Assembly: GCA_964585795.1 (NCBI GenBank)
Contig: CAZPFI010000001.1
Span: 1,143 to 65,142 of the forward strand
Length of the DNA: 64,000 bases
Direction: 5' to 3'
Origin: an uncultured Muribaculaceae bacterium
GTDB lineage: Bacteria > Bacteroidota > Bacteroidia > Bacteroidales > UBA932
A program made the translations under genes and the position numbers. The stretch's first letter is position 1; every line of letters starts with the position of its first letter. Positions 26,370 to 37,546 of the stretch are shown in pieces. Below the pieces are notes generated by a model. The model worked only from the letters and a program-made list of their open reading frames with translations, made no database searches and had not been told where the DNA came from.

Positions 26370-29300
26370 TCAAAAGGGTATGTAAACCACAAAGCAGGCA
26401 CCACCAAGCCGCTCCGATCTTCTGTATGAGATAGATCCCTGACTCTGCTCCATAATACTCCTGCATATTGCCAGCCCAAGACCTGTTCCTCCGCTTTTGG
26501 TTGTGAAATTGGGTTTGAACAGTCTGTGAGTGAGAGATTCCGGCACACCTTCTCCGTCGTCGTGAACAGCAACCTCATAATATTTATCCCCTCTATTAAG
26601 CACAACATCTATCCTGCCACTCTCTTTTGGTTCCACCGATTGAAAAGCATTTGAGATGAGGTTGACAAAAACTCTGGTTAATTGTGTCTTACGCGCCGAT
26701 ACCGGAGCTTGGGAGACATTGCTTTCAAAGGTAAGCACTATGTTGTCTCTGGTATTGAAAAGGATAATCTGTTCTTTAACAAGAGAGTTAAGGTCGAAAC
26801 TTGCCAACTCTTCTGAGTAGAATCTTGAGAAACTTGAGAACTCGCCTGCAGCATCCGATAATATGTCTATCTGTTCAATCAGTGAGTTGGCAAGAGCATC
26901 AAATCTCTTTGGCCAATCTTTTACTCCCTGCTCCTTAAGTCTCATCATGTGCTGAATACTCAAACGCATTGGAGTAAGAGGGTTCTTAATCTCGTGGGCT
27001 ATCTGTCTCGCCATCTCCCTCCAGGCCTGCTCTCTCTCTCCCTGTGCCAGTCTGCGGGTACTCTCATTGAGGTCGTCAACCATCTTATTGTAGGCAGATA
27101 CCAGTATTCCAAGCTCGTCACGATTATTGTAGTTAATGTGTTCGGGTTGTTGAGAGAGGTCGAGAATCTGCATCTTTTTACTGATGTTTGCAAGTGGCTT
27201 CGCTATCGAATTTGCCAGAGCAACCCCACCAAATACAGCTGCTATTAACAGCAGCAGATAAATGTTTATGATTGCTGCTATGATAGAGGTTGCATCCTTA
27301 CGAAAATCACTTTGTCTTGAAAAGTACGGAACATTGGCAATGGCAATAAGTTTTCCCTCAATATTGAAAAGCGGAGCGTACAACGAGTAGTATGTCAAAT
27401 CTCCAATACTCTCTCTGTTAACAAACTGTTTCCTGTTATTGAACCTTATCTCCCTGAATGCTTCGGGGTTCATTCTGGTTCCGATAAGGAATCTGTCGAA
27501 CACTTCTGTTCTTGTGGTTCTAAGAAGAAAACCGTCGGAACCGTAAATATTGATGTCAATTTGTGCAGTGTTCGATAACCTGTTCATTAACTCAAGCAGT
27601 TTAAGGTTATTGAAATACTGATCGTTATGTCTCTGTGCAAACTTACTGTGTTCTGACAATGCAGACTGAACCGAACTCATCTTCTCTTCCATCTGGTCGC
27701 GGTTTGTCTCGTTAAAATATCTTACAGAGAACCAAACACTCCCGGCTCCAAGAGATATTAAAGCAAATACCAGGGAAGAGATTATTAATACGGTAATCTT
27801 CCACCTGAATGAATTTCTTTGCATTGTAAAAAGGAACCTTCTGTTTCTCACTCTTAAAAGACCTGCAATAATAACAATATAGAAAAGCATCAGATACGAA
27901 AACGATACTATATATGTAATAAAGTCCCTCTCGGGTCTGGAGATTATCATTATGTTTTCGTCAGAAATCTTATTGATAAAGTGAACATATCCGTCAATAA
28001 CCTCCATTTTGTAACCGGACTCCTGTTGTGCTCCGTAAAAGAGGGAGTAGTTGTATCGTCCACCGTATGTAACCAGTCTGTTATTCAGATATTTTGCATA
28101 TGAGTAGCCGGAAGGAATATTAAAACTTTCGGCTCTGGAGTGTCCAAGAAGCAGATCGGGATATCCGATTGACTCTCTCAGAAACCTGCTGTCAAGCTCA
28201 ATGTAAAGTCTTATTACATCTCCGAAGCCATAAAACATGAACTCGCCCAGATAGCTCATCCTACCGTTATAATTATTCATAAAATAGAATGAAGAGCCCT
28301 CACCCAGCCGCATACCGTAACTTCGCTTCTCATTTTCAAAAAAAGATACACAGTGTACGGGGGGTGCATCCTGGTGGGAGACATCGGCAATAAGCATTGT
28401 ATTGCTCCTGCATGTGGTTATACGGATATCGTACTTCTGTATTAAATTCCAGAAATAGGCTTCAGTCAATCTGTTCTCGATTGCAACATGGTTCATGTCA
28501 TACCTCACCAGTAGCGCAAGCACAGGATCATTTTCGATAAACTTCTCCATGTTTCTCAACTGCAATTCGGTTGAAAGATCGCGCTCTACAGACATCCTGG
28601 TTGTCCACACCCTGTTTCTGTTGTACTCCTTTTCAAACCCGAACACACTTACTACAACAAGAGTGTAAAATGTTATTGCAGTTAAGTAGAGTATCAGTGG
28701 TTTTCTGTCAAGAAATGAAATTCTCACCCTGTTTGGCAAAAATGGTCTTATCAATTGCAGTGAGAGAAGCAGGGCAAGGAATATAAGACCGTAAGAGAGA
28801 TAAACCAACAGAGTATAAACTCCAATCTCATCAATTTTAAACAACTCAAGAACAATATTGGAGTTATGAATAAGCGATTTTAAACTTAAGTGGACATAAG
28901 GGAAAAGAGCCAAAGGCACCAGAGTAAAAACTATTGCAAGTATATTTTTGGTGACCTTTGTGCATTTTACGATAAATCTGGCAAGACTCTTTCTCACTAC
29001 AAAGAGTGCCATTACAATAAGGAATATTATAATGTTGTTTATCAAAAGATCTCCCAGCGAACTGAACAGACCATAATCTGCATATAAATTGGGCGAAAAG
29101 AGTTCAATCTCTCCCTGGAGTTCTCTTGCCTGATATATTGCCAGGAGTCTGACAATTAACAGTCCCATAAAAATGAAAAAGAACTCCTTTATCCCTTTCT
29201 TTTCCTTAAGGTTGAGGAATAATGAAATAATAATGAGGATTATAGCAATCCAACGGAAAGTTATACCTACACTTGCCGCCTTTCCCGGCAGAGTTCTCAG

Positions 29301-29930
29301 AACAGAGAACAGTACACCACCCTCCCTGCCGTGAACAATGTATGATTCGTCAAAAGTTACCGGTACAATAGAGAGCTGCTTTCTTAAAGAAAAATTGGGG
29401 TTTATTCTGTTTCTCAAAGCACTGTTTTCTGCCGGATACTCTGTCTGAACAAGCAGGGCTGAGACAACTGTCTGTCTGTTCTTAATCTTAACATCCACTA
29501 TATACCAGCCTGAGCCAAGATTTACATATTGCTCCTTAAGCTGAAGGTATGCAAGTGGAGTATTTGTAACGACTCTGCTGTTAAGATGGTTTATTCTGTA
29601 ACCGAAGTGAAAGAGAAGGATATCGTCATTTGCAATAGGCAGTTGATTAACCCACGACTGAAGTGTATCGTTAAAGTACCTGTATATGACCATGTCCTGA
29701 GGAAAATCCTCAAATGTTACAAATTCGTTTTCGGGGGAGTTTAGTGTCTTTAAAGTGTACTCTTCCAGAATCTGCTGCCTTTTGTGTATCACACTCCTGA
29801 GTCTTGCAACTTCACGGTCCATTGAACCAATTGATGTGAAGTCGATAAAAGAGATGATTGTAAATATGAATGCAATAAACCACAAAATTGTAGTTCTCTT
29901 CCTGCATATATTTATAATCTTGTCTTTCAA
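26370..29930 (-). CDS. Large multi-TM sensor histidine kinase (NtrY-like core)
   Basis: HAMP, AWREMARQIAHEIKNPLTPM H-box, NLISNA, DDGEG and FTTKSGGTGLGL. Confidence 0.93.
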   Translation of the reverse strand: MKDKIINICRKRTTILWFIAFIFTIISFIDFTSIGSMDREVARLRSVIHKRQQILEEYTLKTLNSPENEFVTFEDFPQDMVIYRYFNDTLQSWVNQLPIANDDILLFHFGYRINHLNSRVVTNTPLAYLQLKEQYVNLGSGWYIVDVKIKNRQTVVSALLVQTEYPAENSALRNRINPNFSLRKQLSIVPVTFDESYIVHGREGGVLFSVLRTLPGKAASVGITFRWIAIILIIISLFLNLKEKKGIKEFFFIFMGLLIVRLLAIYQARELQGEIELFSPNLYADYGLFSSLGDLLINNIIIFLIVMALFVVRKSLARFIVKCTKVTKNILAIVFTLVPLALFPYVHLSLKSLIHNSNIVLELFKIDEIGVYTLLVYLSYGLIFLALLLSLQLIRPFLPNRVRISFLDRKPLILYLTAITFYTLVVVSVFGFEKEYNRNRVWTTRMSVERDLSTELQLRNMEKFIENDPVLALLVRYDMNHVAIENRLTEAYFWNLIQKYDIRITTCRSNTMLIADVSHQDAPPVHCVSFFENEKRSYGMRLGEGSSFYFMNNYNGRMSYLGEFMFYGFGDVIRLYIELDSRFLRESIGYPDLLLGHSRAESFNIPSGYSYAKYLNNRLVTYGGRYNYSLFYGAQQESGYKMEVIDGYVHFINKISDENIMIISRPERDFITYIVSFSYLMLFYIVIIAGLLRVRNRRFLFTMQRNSFRWKITVLIISSLVFALISLGAGSVWFSVRYFNETNRDQMEEKMSSVQSALSEHSKFAQRHNDQYFNNLKLLELMNRLSNTAQIDINIYGSDGFLLRTTRTEVFDRFLIGTRMNPEAFREIRFNNRKQFVNRESIGDLTYYSLYAPLFNIEGKLIAIANVPYFSRQSDFRKDATSIIAAIINIYLLLLIAAVFGGVALANSIAKPLANISKKMQILDLSQQPEHINYNNRDELGILVSAYNKMVDDLNESTRRLAQGEREQAWREMARQIAHEIKNPLTPMRLSIQHMMRLKEQGVKDWPKRFDALANSLIEQIDILSDAAGEFSSFSRFYSEELASFDLNSLVKEQIILFNTRDNIVLTFESNVSQAPVSARKTQLTRVFVNLISNAFQSVEPKESGRIDVVLNRGDKYYEVAVHDDGEGVPESLTHRLFKPNFTTKSGGTGLGLAICRSIMEQSQGSISYRRSERLGGACFVVYIPF

Positions 29931-29934
29931 TTTA

Positions 29935-30408
29935 TTATCTGTTATGATAGGGTTGGTTGTTTATTATTGTGTAGGCTCTGTAGAGTTGCTCCAGAAATAC
30001 TAATCTAACCAACTGGTGAGAGAAGGTCATTTTTGACAACGACAACATTTCATCTGCCCTGCGATAAACTTCATCCGAAAATCCATATGCTCCGCCAATG
30101 AGGAATACAATGCTCCTTATGCCGCTCACATCATATTTTGTCAACTTTTGTGCCAGCTCTTCAGATGAAAGCATAGTACCCTTTTGGTCCAGGAGTATGA
30201 GTCTGTCTGTATCTTTTATGTTCTTAAGGATTAACTCTCCCTCTCTCTGCTTAACAGACAAGGCATCTGTTCCGGCCTTGGTTTTATTGACGGAAAGTTC
30301 TCTTCTGGAGTAGGTTGTATAGTGCTTTAACCTCTCCTCGTATATTTTTATTCCCTCCCCGAAACAGGCGGGTTCTGTTCTGCAGGTTAACAACAGCTCT
30401 ATCTTCAT
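29935..30408 (-). CDS. rlmH: 23S rRNA pseudouridine-1915 N3-methyltransferase
   Basis: FLIGGAYGF, LSLSKMTFSHQLVRLVFLEQLYRA and PYH. Start MKIELL. Confidence 0.96.
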   Translation of the reverse strand: MKIELLLTCRTEPACFGEGIKIYEERLKHYTTYSRRELSVNKTKAGTDALSVKQREGELILKNIKDTDRLILLDQKGTMLSSEELAQKLTKYDVSGIRSIVFLIGGAYGFSDEVYRRADEMLSLSKMTFSHQLVRLVFLEQLYRAYTIINNQPYHNR

Positions 30409-30515
30409 ACTCACAAATTTACAATTAATTTGATATTTCACGAGGTTTATACTACTTTTATCTTTTGTTCGTATGGCTTGATTTTTGCCCGTAAAAGGAA
30501 GTGAGAGGAATTGTT

Positions 30516-30929
30516 ATGATGAAAAAGAGTCAGTTTTTTTTAATTATTGTGATTGCTTCCCTAATTTCGATGCCGGCTGTCAATGCCGCTGAGAGCAGTC
30601 AGGAGCAGGATGTTTTTGTACCCATTGCCAAATATATTCAGAATGGCGATGCCGAACGGCTTTCAGCATGGTTTGCACCAAATCTCGAACTTGATATTCT
30701 TGGTACCACTAATGTTTGCAGCAGACAGCAGGCAAAACAGATAGTAAAGGAGTTTTTTAACGAGTACTCCCCTAAAGTTTTTACTATATCGTACCGTAGC
30801 GGTAAAGCACCAATGGTCTATGCAATCGGTTCATTGAGTGCCGGTGGAAACAAATTCAGGGTTACGCTGTTTGTTAAAACCCAGAAAGAGGGTAATTTTA
30901 TTCAACAGATGCGCATAGAGAAGGAGTAG
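30516..30929 (+). CDS. DUF4783-like exported protein
   Basis: Signal peptide and the IAKYIQNGDAERLSAWF...QAKQIVKEFF pattern. Divergent from rlmH. Confidence 0.7.
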   Translation: MMKKSQFFLIIVIASLISMPAVNAAESSQEQDVFVPIAKYIQNGDAERLSAWFAPNLELDILGTTNVCSRQQAKQIVKEFFNEYSPKVFTISYRSGKAPMVYAIGSLSAGGNKFRVTLFVKTQKEGNFIQQMRIEKE

Positions 30930-30930
30930 T

Positions 30931-32094
30931 CTATTTAAATACAGGCCTTGCATAGGCAATAACATCATCTTTAGTTATTTTGTTATTGCTCAGTATCATA
31001 AGGCGTTCCATCACATTTCTGAGTTCCCGTATATTTCCTGTCCACGAATATTGCGCAAGCTCTTCAAGAGCTTCTTCTTCAATAGGACGATAGGTCATAC
31101 CACTCTCATCAGATATTTGTCTGAGGAAATACTCTGCCAAAAGCGGAATGTCCTCTTTTCTTTCCAGCAGCGGAGGAACATGAATAACAATAACACTTAT
31201 CCTGTGATATAGATCCTCTCTGAATGTTCCCTTATCTATCTCTTCTGAAAGATTCTTGTTTGTTGCGGCTATTACTCTCACCTTCACATTTATATCCTTA
31301 TCACTTCCAACCCGGCTGAGCTTATTCTCCTGAAGTACTCTCAGAACTTTTGCCTGAGCAGCCAGACTCATATCCCCTATCTCATCCAGAAACAGAGTTC
31401 CTCCGTCTGCCTGTTCAAATTTACCTTTGTGTTGCTTTACGGCAGAGGTGAATGCTCCTTTTTCGTGTCCAAAAAGTTCACTCTCTATAAGCTCCCCCGG
31501 TATTGCGGCACAGTTAACCTCAACAAAAGGCATACTGTTTTTGCTGCTTTTCTCATGAAGCCATCTTGCCACCAACTCCTTTCCGGTACCGTTAGATCCT
31601 GTTATCAAAACCCTTGCTTCGGTAGGCGCAACTCTGTCAATCATATCCTTTATCCGGGATATTGCTGGCGAAACTCCCACAATTTCGGGAATTCTGGCAA
31701 CTCTCTTCTTTAAAATTTTTGTCTCCTTTACCAGGTTGGTTCTGTCTGTCGCATTTCTCAGAGTTATAAGTATTCTGTTAAGATCCAGGGGTTTTTGAAT
31801 AAAATCAAACGCACCTTTCTTGATACACTCTACTGCAGAATCAATAGAGCCGTGCCCGGATATCATTATAACCGAAGCATCAATATTTGCTTCATTGAGT
31901 TTGTCAAGAAGCTCCATGCCATCCATATTTGGCATTTTTATATCAGAGAAGATAGCATCGAAATTCCCTGCTGTTGCCAACTCCAGGCCCTCTGCTCCGT
32001 CTGCGGCAAGGGTTATGTCATGTCCCTCAAACTCCAGAATCTCTTTTAATGTATTTCTGATAGATTTTTCGTCGTCAATAATAAGCAGTTTCAT
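30931..32094 (-). CDS. Sigma-54-type response regulator (REC + AAA+), no C-terminal HTH
   Basis: [41 protein letters not shown] and GNIRELRN. Confidence 0.92.
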   Translation of the reverse strand: MKLLIIDDEKSIRNTLKEILEFEGHDITLAADGAEGLELATAGNFDAIFSDIKMPNMDGMELLDKLNEANIDASVIMISGHGSIDSAVECIKKGAFDFIQKPLDLNRILITLRNATDRTNLVKETKILKKRVARIPEIVGVSPAISRIKDMIDRVAPTEARVLITGSNGTGKELVARWLHEKSSKNSMPFVEVNCAAIPGELIESELFGHEKGAFTSAVKQHKGKFEQADGGTLFLDEIGDMSLAAQAKVLRVLQENKLSRVGSDKDINVKVRVIAATNKNLSEEIDKGTFREDLYHRISVIVIHVPPLLERKEDIPLLAEYFLRQISDESGMTYRPIEEEALEELAQYSWTGNIRELRNVMERLMILSNNKITKDDVIAYARPVFK

Positions 32095-32112
32095 ATATGT
32101 AGAATATCTTTG

Positions 32113-33027
32113 TTAAATAATCTGAGAGGCCACCTCTGCCATATATCCCTCTTTAAGCGAATAGGATGACTGATACAGCTCTTTTATATCAAGCCCGGCG
32201 ATGATGTACTCTACAAAAATACTGCCTAAAACCATATAATCAACTCTCATTGGAGACATACCTGCCATCTGCATCCGCTCTTCTCTTGTTGATACCAGTA
32301 ATTTACCGTGAATTTCCCAAAATTTGTTCAGTGGCAGCTCTCTTGCAGGCAAAAAGCCATCATCATCCGGATAGATAAGTTCACGAAGTGTGTCGAACGA
32401 ACCCGAGCACCCAATCATTAACCTGGGTTTATGAATTGATGCCTGGTGAAAAAGTGTTGTGAGAGACGAGTCAAGATAATCTTTGTATTGCTTTATTTGC
32501 TTAATATCAATAGGATCTGAAGGTTTTAGCATCTCCCTTATCCTTATAACACCCAACGGAAAACTCTCTTTCCAGTATATATTGTCTTTGTCGGCAATGA
32601 TAAACTCGTTACTACCTCCTCCTATATCAAGAATAATTATCTTCTCATCATAAAGAAAAAGTGACTCCCTTACCCCTTTGTATATCAGCTCTGCCTCTCT
32701 GTCTCCGGATATAATCTCCACCTCGATCCCGAATGTCTCCTTAATTGCGCCGGTGAGATTAGTGCCGTTTGCTGAGTCTCTGACAGCAGATGTGGCAAAT
32801 GCCTTAATGATATCGGCCCCTCCCTCTGTCTCAATTTGCTTCATCATCTCTCCTATTGCTTCAACAGATTCATTTATCGCCTCTTGAGGGAATGTCCCGT
32901 TCAACCCCCATTTGCCAATATGAGTGCCAATTTTTATAACTTTTTTAACAGTACAACTGTTTTTGGAAACATGTGCAATAAGAAGGTTGAAAACATTGGT
33001 TCCAAGGTCAAAAACGGCCAGTCTCAT
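32113..33027 (-). CDS. ppx: Ppx/GppA family exopolyphosphatase
   Basis: DLGTN, ATSAVRDSAN, ISGDREA, DIGGGSNE and LKEG. Confidence 0.9.
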   Translation of the reverse strand: MRLAVFDLGTNVFNLLIAHVSKNSCTVKKVIKIGTHIGKWGLNGTFPQEAINESVEAIGEMMKQIETEGGADIIKAFATSAVRDSANGTNLTGAIKETFGIEVEIISGDREAELIYKGVRESLFLYDEKIIILDIGGGSNEFIIADKDNIYWKESFPLGVIRIREMLKPSDPIDIKQIKQYKDYLDSSLTTLFHQASIHKPRLMIGCSGSFDTLRELIYPDDDGFLPARELPLNKFWEIHGKLLVSTREERMQMAGMSPMRVDYMVLGSIFVEYIIAGLDIKELYQSSYSLKEGYMAEVASQII

Positions 33028-33084
33028 CAGTAGATTTTTTGCAAATATAGTCGTTTTTTATGTATGTTTGTCCTTTGTTCCAAT

Positions 33085-33795
33085 ATGAAAACAACAGATA
33101 TTATCATAGCTATTGACGGCCACTCATCAACGGGCAAAAGTACTTTTGCAAAGGCAATTGCGGCACATTTCGGAATGGTTTATGTAGATACCGGAGCTCT
33201 TTACAGAGGGGTGGCACTATATGCCATACGAAACGGGTTAATCAACGACCAGGATATAGTTGACTGTCACGCTCTGGTTAAAGCACTCAGTAAACTTGAT
33301 CTCTCATTCAAAGCCATTGGCCCCGAAGGAGAGAGCCGGCTGTTTCTTAATGGCGAAAACATAGAAAATGAGATAAGGGGAATGGATGTTGCTCAAAAGG
33401 TAAGTGCAGTTGCAAAACTACCTCAGGTACGAAGTTTCGTTGACAATATACTTAAGGGATACGGAACACAAAAAGGGATTGTTATGGAGGGAAGAGATAT
33501 AGGCACTGTGGTTTTTCCAAATGCTGAAGTTAAAATTTTTATGACGGCCAAACCGGAAATAAGGGCAATGAGAAGATACAATGAACTTATAGAGTCGGGC
33601 AGAGATGCAGATTACAATGAGGTACTGAAAAACATTGTTGAGAGAGATTATACAGATGAAAACAGGGCTACTGCTCCCCTGAGAAGAGCAGAAGATGCTG
33701 TACTGCTGGACAACAGCAATATGACCGGGGAGGATCAGATGAAATGGATAGAACAATTACTGTCTCAGATGCAAATTCAGGTTCAAAAAGACTGA
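33085..33795 (+). CDS. cmk: Cytidylate kinase
   Basis: IAIDGHSSTGKST, DTGALYR and MEGRDIGTVVFP. Confidence 0.96.
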   Translation: MKTTDIIIAIDGHSSTGKSTFAKAIAAHFGMVYVDTGALYRGVALYAIRNGLINDQDIVDCHALVKALSKLDLSFKAIGPEGESRLFLNGENIENEIRGMDVAQKVSAVAKLPQVRSFVDNILKGYGTQKGIVMEGRDIGTVVFPNAEVKIFMTAKPEIRAMRRYNELIESGRDADYNEVLKNIVERDYTDENRATAPLRRAEDAVLLDNSNMTGEDQMKWIEQLLSQMQIQVQKD

Positions 33796-34667
33796 ATTTA
33801 AAAGTGGATGTTGACACAAAGTCGGGGTTCTGTTATGGCGTTGTAAAGGCCATTAAACAGGCAGAGAGTCTGTTGGAAAAGAGAGATAAGCTTTACTCTC
33901 TGGGTGCAATAGTGCACAATAATACCGAGCATAAACGGCTGGAAGAGAAAGGCATGGAGGTTATAAACCATAAGTCACTTAAAAATCTTAAAAACAAACC
34001 TCTATTCATCCGGGCACACGGAGAGCCCCCGTCAACATACATAACTGCATCGGATAACGGTCTGGAGATTATTGACTGCACATGTCCCGTAGTTCTTAAA
34101 CTTCAGCAGAGAATTAAGGAGAGTTATTATAAGATTAAAGAGCAGGGCGGGAATTTGCTGATATTCGGCAGCAGGGGGCACGCCGAGGTAAATGGTTTGA
34201 TTGGACAGGTAAACGGTGATGCTACAGTTATTGAAAATTGCGGTGACCTGGATGAGATAGATTATACAAAACCTGTAGTAATCTTCTCCCAGACCACAAA
34301 AGACCCTGCAGATTATTCATCTCTTATCTCTGAAATAAAAAAGAGAATAGCCCTTAACGGAGGTCCACTTGATTCATTTGTCTCACACAACACAATCTGC
34401 AGACAGGTATCTTCGAGACACCCTCATATAAAATATTTTGCGTCTAATCACGATGTTGTTCTTTTTGTTACCAGCAATGAGAGTTCCAATGGAAGAGTTC
34501 TTTTTGAATCCTGTAAAAAAACCAACGGAAACTGTTACAAGATTGAGAATCAAGATCAAATAAAAAGAGAGTGGTTCAGAGAGGGTGATAAAGTGGGAGT
34601 ATGTGGTGCAACTTCCACTCCAATGTGGCTTTTGGAAGAGATTGCCGCTGCACTCAGAGAGTTGTAA
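33792..34667 (+). CDS. ispH: 4-hydroxy-3-methylbut-2-enyl diphosphate reductase (start uncertain: 33744, 33792 or 33804)
   Basis: SGFCYGV, IVHN, RAHG, DCTCPVV, SQTT, TIC, SSN and GATSTP. Confidence 0.93.
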   Translation: MNLKVDVDTKSGFCYGVVKAIKQAESLLEKRDKLYSLGAIVHNNTEHKRLEEKGMEVINHKSLKNLKNKPLFIRAHGEPPSTYITASDNGLEIIDCTCPVVLKLQQRIKESYYKIKEQGGNLLIFGSRGHAEVNGLIGQVNGDATVIENCGDLDEIDYTKPVVIFSQTTKDPADYSSLISEIKKRIALNGGPLDSFVSHNTICRQVSSRHPHIKYFASNHDVVLFVTSNESSNGRVLFESCKKTNGNCYKIENQDQIKREWFREGDKVGVCGATSTPMWLLEEIAAALREL

Positions 34668-34685
34668 TTTAAATCTTATTCAAAA

Positions 34686-36686
34686 ATGGGATTAGACGGG
34701 TGTCTCTTTGCAAATGTATTGCTTCCACTTAAATTGGATAGTGAGATTACCTATTTTGTCCCTGAAAAATATAGTGATGAGATACTTACAGGGTCATTTG
34801 TAAAGGTTACATTTAAGGGGAAGGAGTGTACTGCTGTCATACTCTCTCTTTACCGGGAGCGTCCGTTATTTAAAGGTGAGATAAAGGAGATAGATTCTCT
34901 CCTCCCGTTTGATCCTGTTCCCGAAACAAGTATAAGGTTATTGCTATGGATTGCCTCCTATTATATGTGCACTCCGGGAGAAGTACTGAGGGCTGCAATT
35001 CCAAAAGGTTTGCTTGAAGGCATATCAAAGAAAAAAAAGATAAAGGCAGAGGTTGAAACTGCTCATTTTTCTTTACCAAAACTCAGCAAAAAGCAGAACG
35101 AGGCCTTTTTAAAAATAAAAGAGACAATCACTCAAGGTAAAACAGCTCTTTTAAAAGGTGTTACGGGGTCGGGCAAAACAGAGATATATCTTTCTTATGC
35201 GGCAGAGGTGCTCTCTGCAGGCAGAAATGTTTTGTATCTTCTTCCCGAAATTGCACTCAGCAGACAACTTAAAAACAGACTTGAAAAGGTTTTCGGACAA
35301 TCTCTTCTGGTTTTTCATTCCGGGCAGACGGCTGCCTCCAAACGCGATGTGTGGCTACAGGTGATGTGCAGTAAATCGCCCTATATTGTTTTGGGCTTAA
35401 GGTCTGCTGTTTTTCTTCCTTATAAAAATCTGGGGCTTATTATTGTAGATGAAGAGCATGACTCTTCATTTAAACAGAGTGAACCGGCTCCCCGGTACAA
35501 CGGAAAGGATACTGCACTTATGCTGGCAAAGATCCATTCTGCAGAGGTGATTCTGGGCTCGGCAACCCCCTCTCTGGAGAGTCTGTTCAATTGCATTTCG
35601 GGTAAATATTCACTGATAGAGCTCCAGGAGAGATACTACGGAGAGCATCCCCCATTAATAGAGATTGTGGACACATTGAGGGAGAGGAGAAAAGGCAGCA
35701 TGAGAGGTATTTTTCCGGCCAGGACTATTGATATGATAGGGGAATATCTTTCAAAAGGTGAACAGATACTCATTTTCCGCAACAGACGCTCCTATTCACC
35801 TTCGGTACAGTGCATTTACTGTGGTGACACCCCCCTATGCCATAGGTGTAATGTTCCTTTCAGTTATCATAAAAAGGCCGGAGTACTCTCCTGTCACTAT
35901 TGTGGCTCAAAAATCAAATTCAGCACAATATGTTATAAGTGCAGCAAACCTGGCCTGAAAGAGAGAGGAAGCGGAACAGAGATGGCAGAAGAGCAGATAA
36001 GAGAGCTGTTCCCCAAAGCAAGAGTTGCAAGAGTGGACGGTGAAACAGCTGTTAGTAAATTGCTGCAGAAAAGGGTACTTAAAGAGTTTGCCGAGGGTCA
36101 TCTGGATATACTTGTGGGAACGCAGATGTTAAGCAAGGGCTTCGATTTCGAAAAACTGACTCTTATTGTGGTGATTGCAGCTGACAGTATGTTTTATGCA
36201 GAAGACTTCAGGGCAGAGGAGAGAGGGAAACAGATATTGACACAACTACTTGGCAGAGGAGGGAGAAGAGATGGCAGAGCACATATAATAATTCAAACCG
36301 ATAACCCTGATAATCCGGTTTTTCATAACCTTGTTCATAACACCGACAACACCCTGAGAGAGCTGGCCGAGAGAGATGAATACCATTACCCTCCATTCAC
36401 CAGAATGGTAAGAATTGTAATGAAGAGCAAACAAATCAATTCTCTGGAGAAGTTTGCGGCCACATTGTCAGAGAAGTTACCTCAATGGGGAATTGAAAAC
36501 CATCTTGGTCCTTTCCATGGCCACAGAGAGAAGCTCAGGGGAGAGCATATCCTAAATATTTGGGTAAAGCTTAAGAAAAGAGAAAACACAGATTTTATTA
36601 AAAAAAATCTATATGAAAGATGTGCTCATTTAGTTAAAAGTGAGAGAGGTGGCGTTAAGCTGTTTTTTGATGTCGATCCTTCATAA
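34686..36686 (+). CDS. priA: Primosomal protein N'
   Basis: GVTGSGKTEIY, VDEEHD, GSATPS, four CxxC zinc ligands, GTQMLSKG and C-terminal DVDP. Confidence 0.95.
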   Translation: MGLDGCLFANVLLPLKLDSEITYFVPEKYSDEILTGSFVKVTFKGKECTAVILSLYRERPLFKGEIKEIDSLLPFDPVPETSIRLLLWIASYYMCTPGEVLRAAIPKGLLEGISKKKKIKAEVETAHFSLPKLSKKQNEAFLKIKETITQGKTALLKGVTGSGKTEIYLSYAAEVLSAGRNVLYLLPEIALSRQLKNRLEKVFGQSLLVFHSGQTAASKRDVWLQVMCSKSPYIVLGLRSAVFLPYKNLGLIIVDEEHDSSFKQSEPAPRYNGKDTALMLAKIHSAEVILGSATPSLESLFNCISGKYSLIELQERYYGEHPPLIEIVDTLRERRKGSMRGIFPARTIDMIGEYLSKGEQILIFRNRRSYSPSVQCIYCGDTPLCHRCNVPFSYHKKAGVLSCHYCGSKIKFSTICYKCSKPGLKERGSGTEMAEEQIRELFPKARVARVDGETAVSKLLQKRVLKEFAEGHLDILVGTQMLSKGFDFEKLTLIVVIAADSMFYAEDFRAEERGKQILTQLLGRGGRRDGRAHIIIQTDNPDNPVFHNLVHNTDNTLRELAERDEYHYPPFTRMVRIVMKSKQINSLEKFAATLSEKLPQWGIENHLGPFHGHREKLRGEHILNIWVKLKKRENTDFIKKNLYERCAHLVKSERGGVKLFFDVDPS

Positions 36687-36777
36687 ATCTTTTTAACAGC
36701 ACATTTTTTAAAAGTTAATAAGCTTAGAAAGTTTTTTGTAAATTTGCACAATTGACCTGATTAATCGTATCACATAT

Positions 36778-37545
36778 ATGGGAAAAATAATAGCAATTGC
36801 AAATCAAAAAGGCGGAGTTGGTAAGACTACAACGGCCATCAATCTGGCCGCCTCCCTGGCCGTTATGGAGAAGAGAGTTCTGCTTGTCGATGCCGATCCT
36901 CAGGCAAATTCAACATCCGGCCTTAATTTCGATCCCGACTCTACTTCACGCAAAACCGTTTACGAAGCACTCATCGGTAAAGTTGATATTAAAGATGTGG
37001 TGCTGGACACAGAGGTTAAAGGACTGAGAATTGCCCCTTCCCATATCAACCTTGTTGGTGCCGAGATAGAGATGCTAAACATACCCGACAGGGAGCTTGT
37101 TATGAAAAAGGCACTTACACCTCTTAAGGAGGAGTATGATTATATTATTATTGACTGCTCTCCCTCACTGGGTATAATAACCATAAATTCACTCTCTGCA
37201 GCAGACTCTGTTTTAATCCCGGTTCAATGTGAATATTTTGCCCTTGAAGGCCTGGGTAAATTGCTTAACACAATTAAACTGGTTCAGAACCGGCTTAATA
37301 CAGCTTTGCAAATTGAGGGTTTCCTGCTAACTATGTTCGACGGGCGCACGAGACACTCAAATCTGGTTGTGGATGAGGTGAGGACACACTTTACCGATAT
37401 GGTATTTAACACAGTTATACAGAGAAATGTAAGACTTACAGAAGCACCTTCTCACGGCAAACCGGTTATTCTTCACGACGCACTTTCGGCAGGTACCAAC
37501 AACTACCTGAATCTGGCCAAAGAGATAATTAAAAAGAACTCTTAA
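36778..37545 (+). CDS. parA: Chromosome partitioning ATPase ParA/Soj
   Basis: [22 protein letters not shown] and EAPSHG. Confidence 0.96.
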   Translation: MGKIIAIANQKGGVGKTTTAINLAASLAVMEKRVLLVDADPQANSTSGLNFDPDSTSRKTVYEALIGKVDIKDVVLDTEVKGLRIAPSHINLVGAEIEMLNIPDRELVMKKALTPLKEEYDYIIIDCSPSLGIITINSLSAADSVLIPVQCEYFALEGLGKLLNTIKLVQNRLNTALQIEGFLLTMFDGRTRHSNLVVDEVRTHFTDMVFNTVIQRNVRLTEAPSHGKPVILHDALSAGTNNYLNLAKEIIKKNS

Positions 37546-37546
37546 T

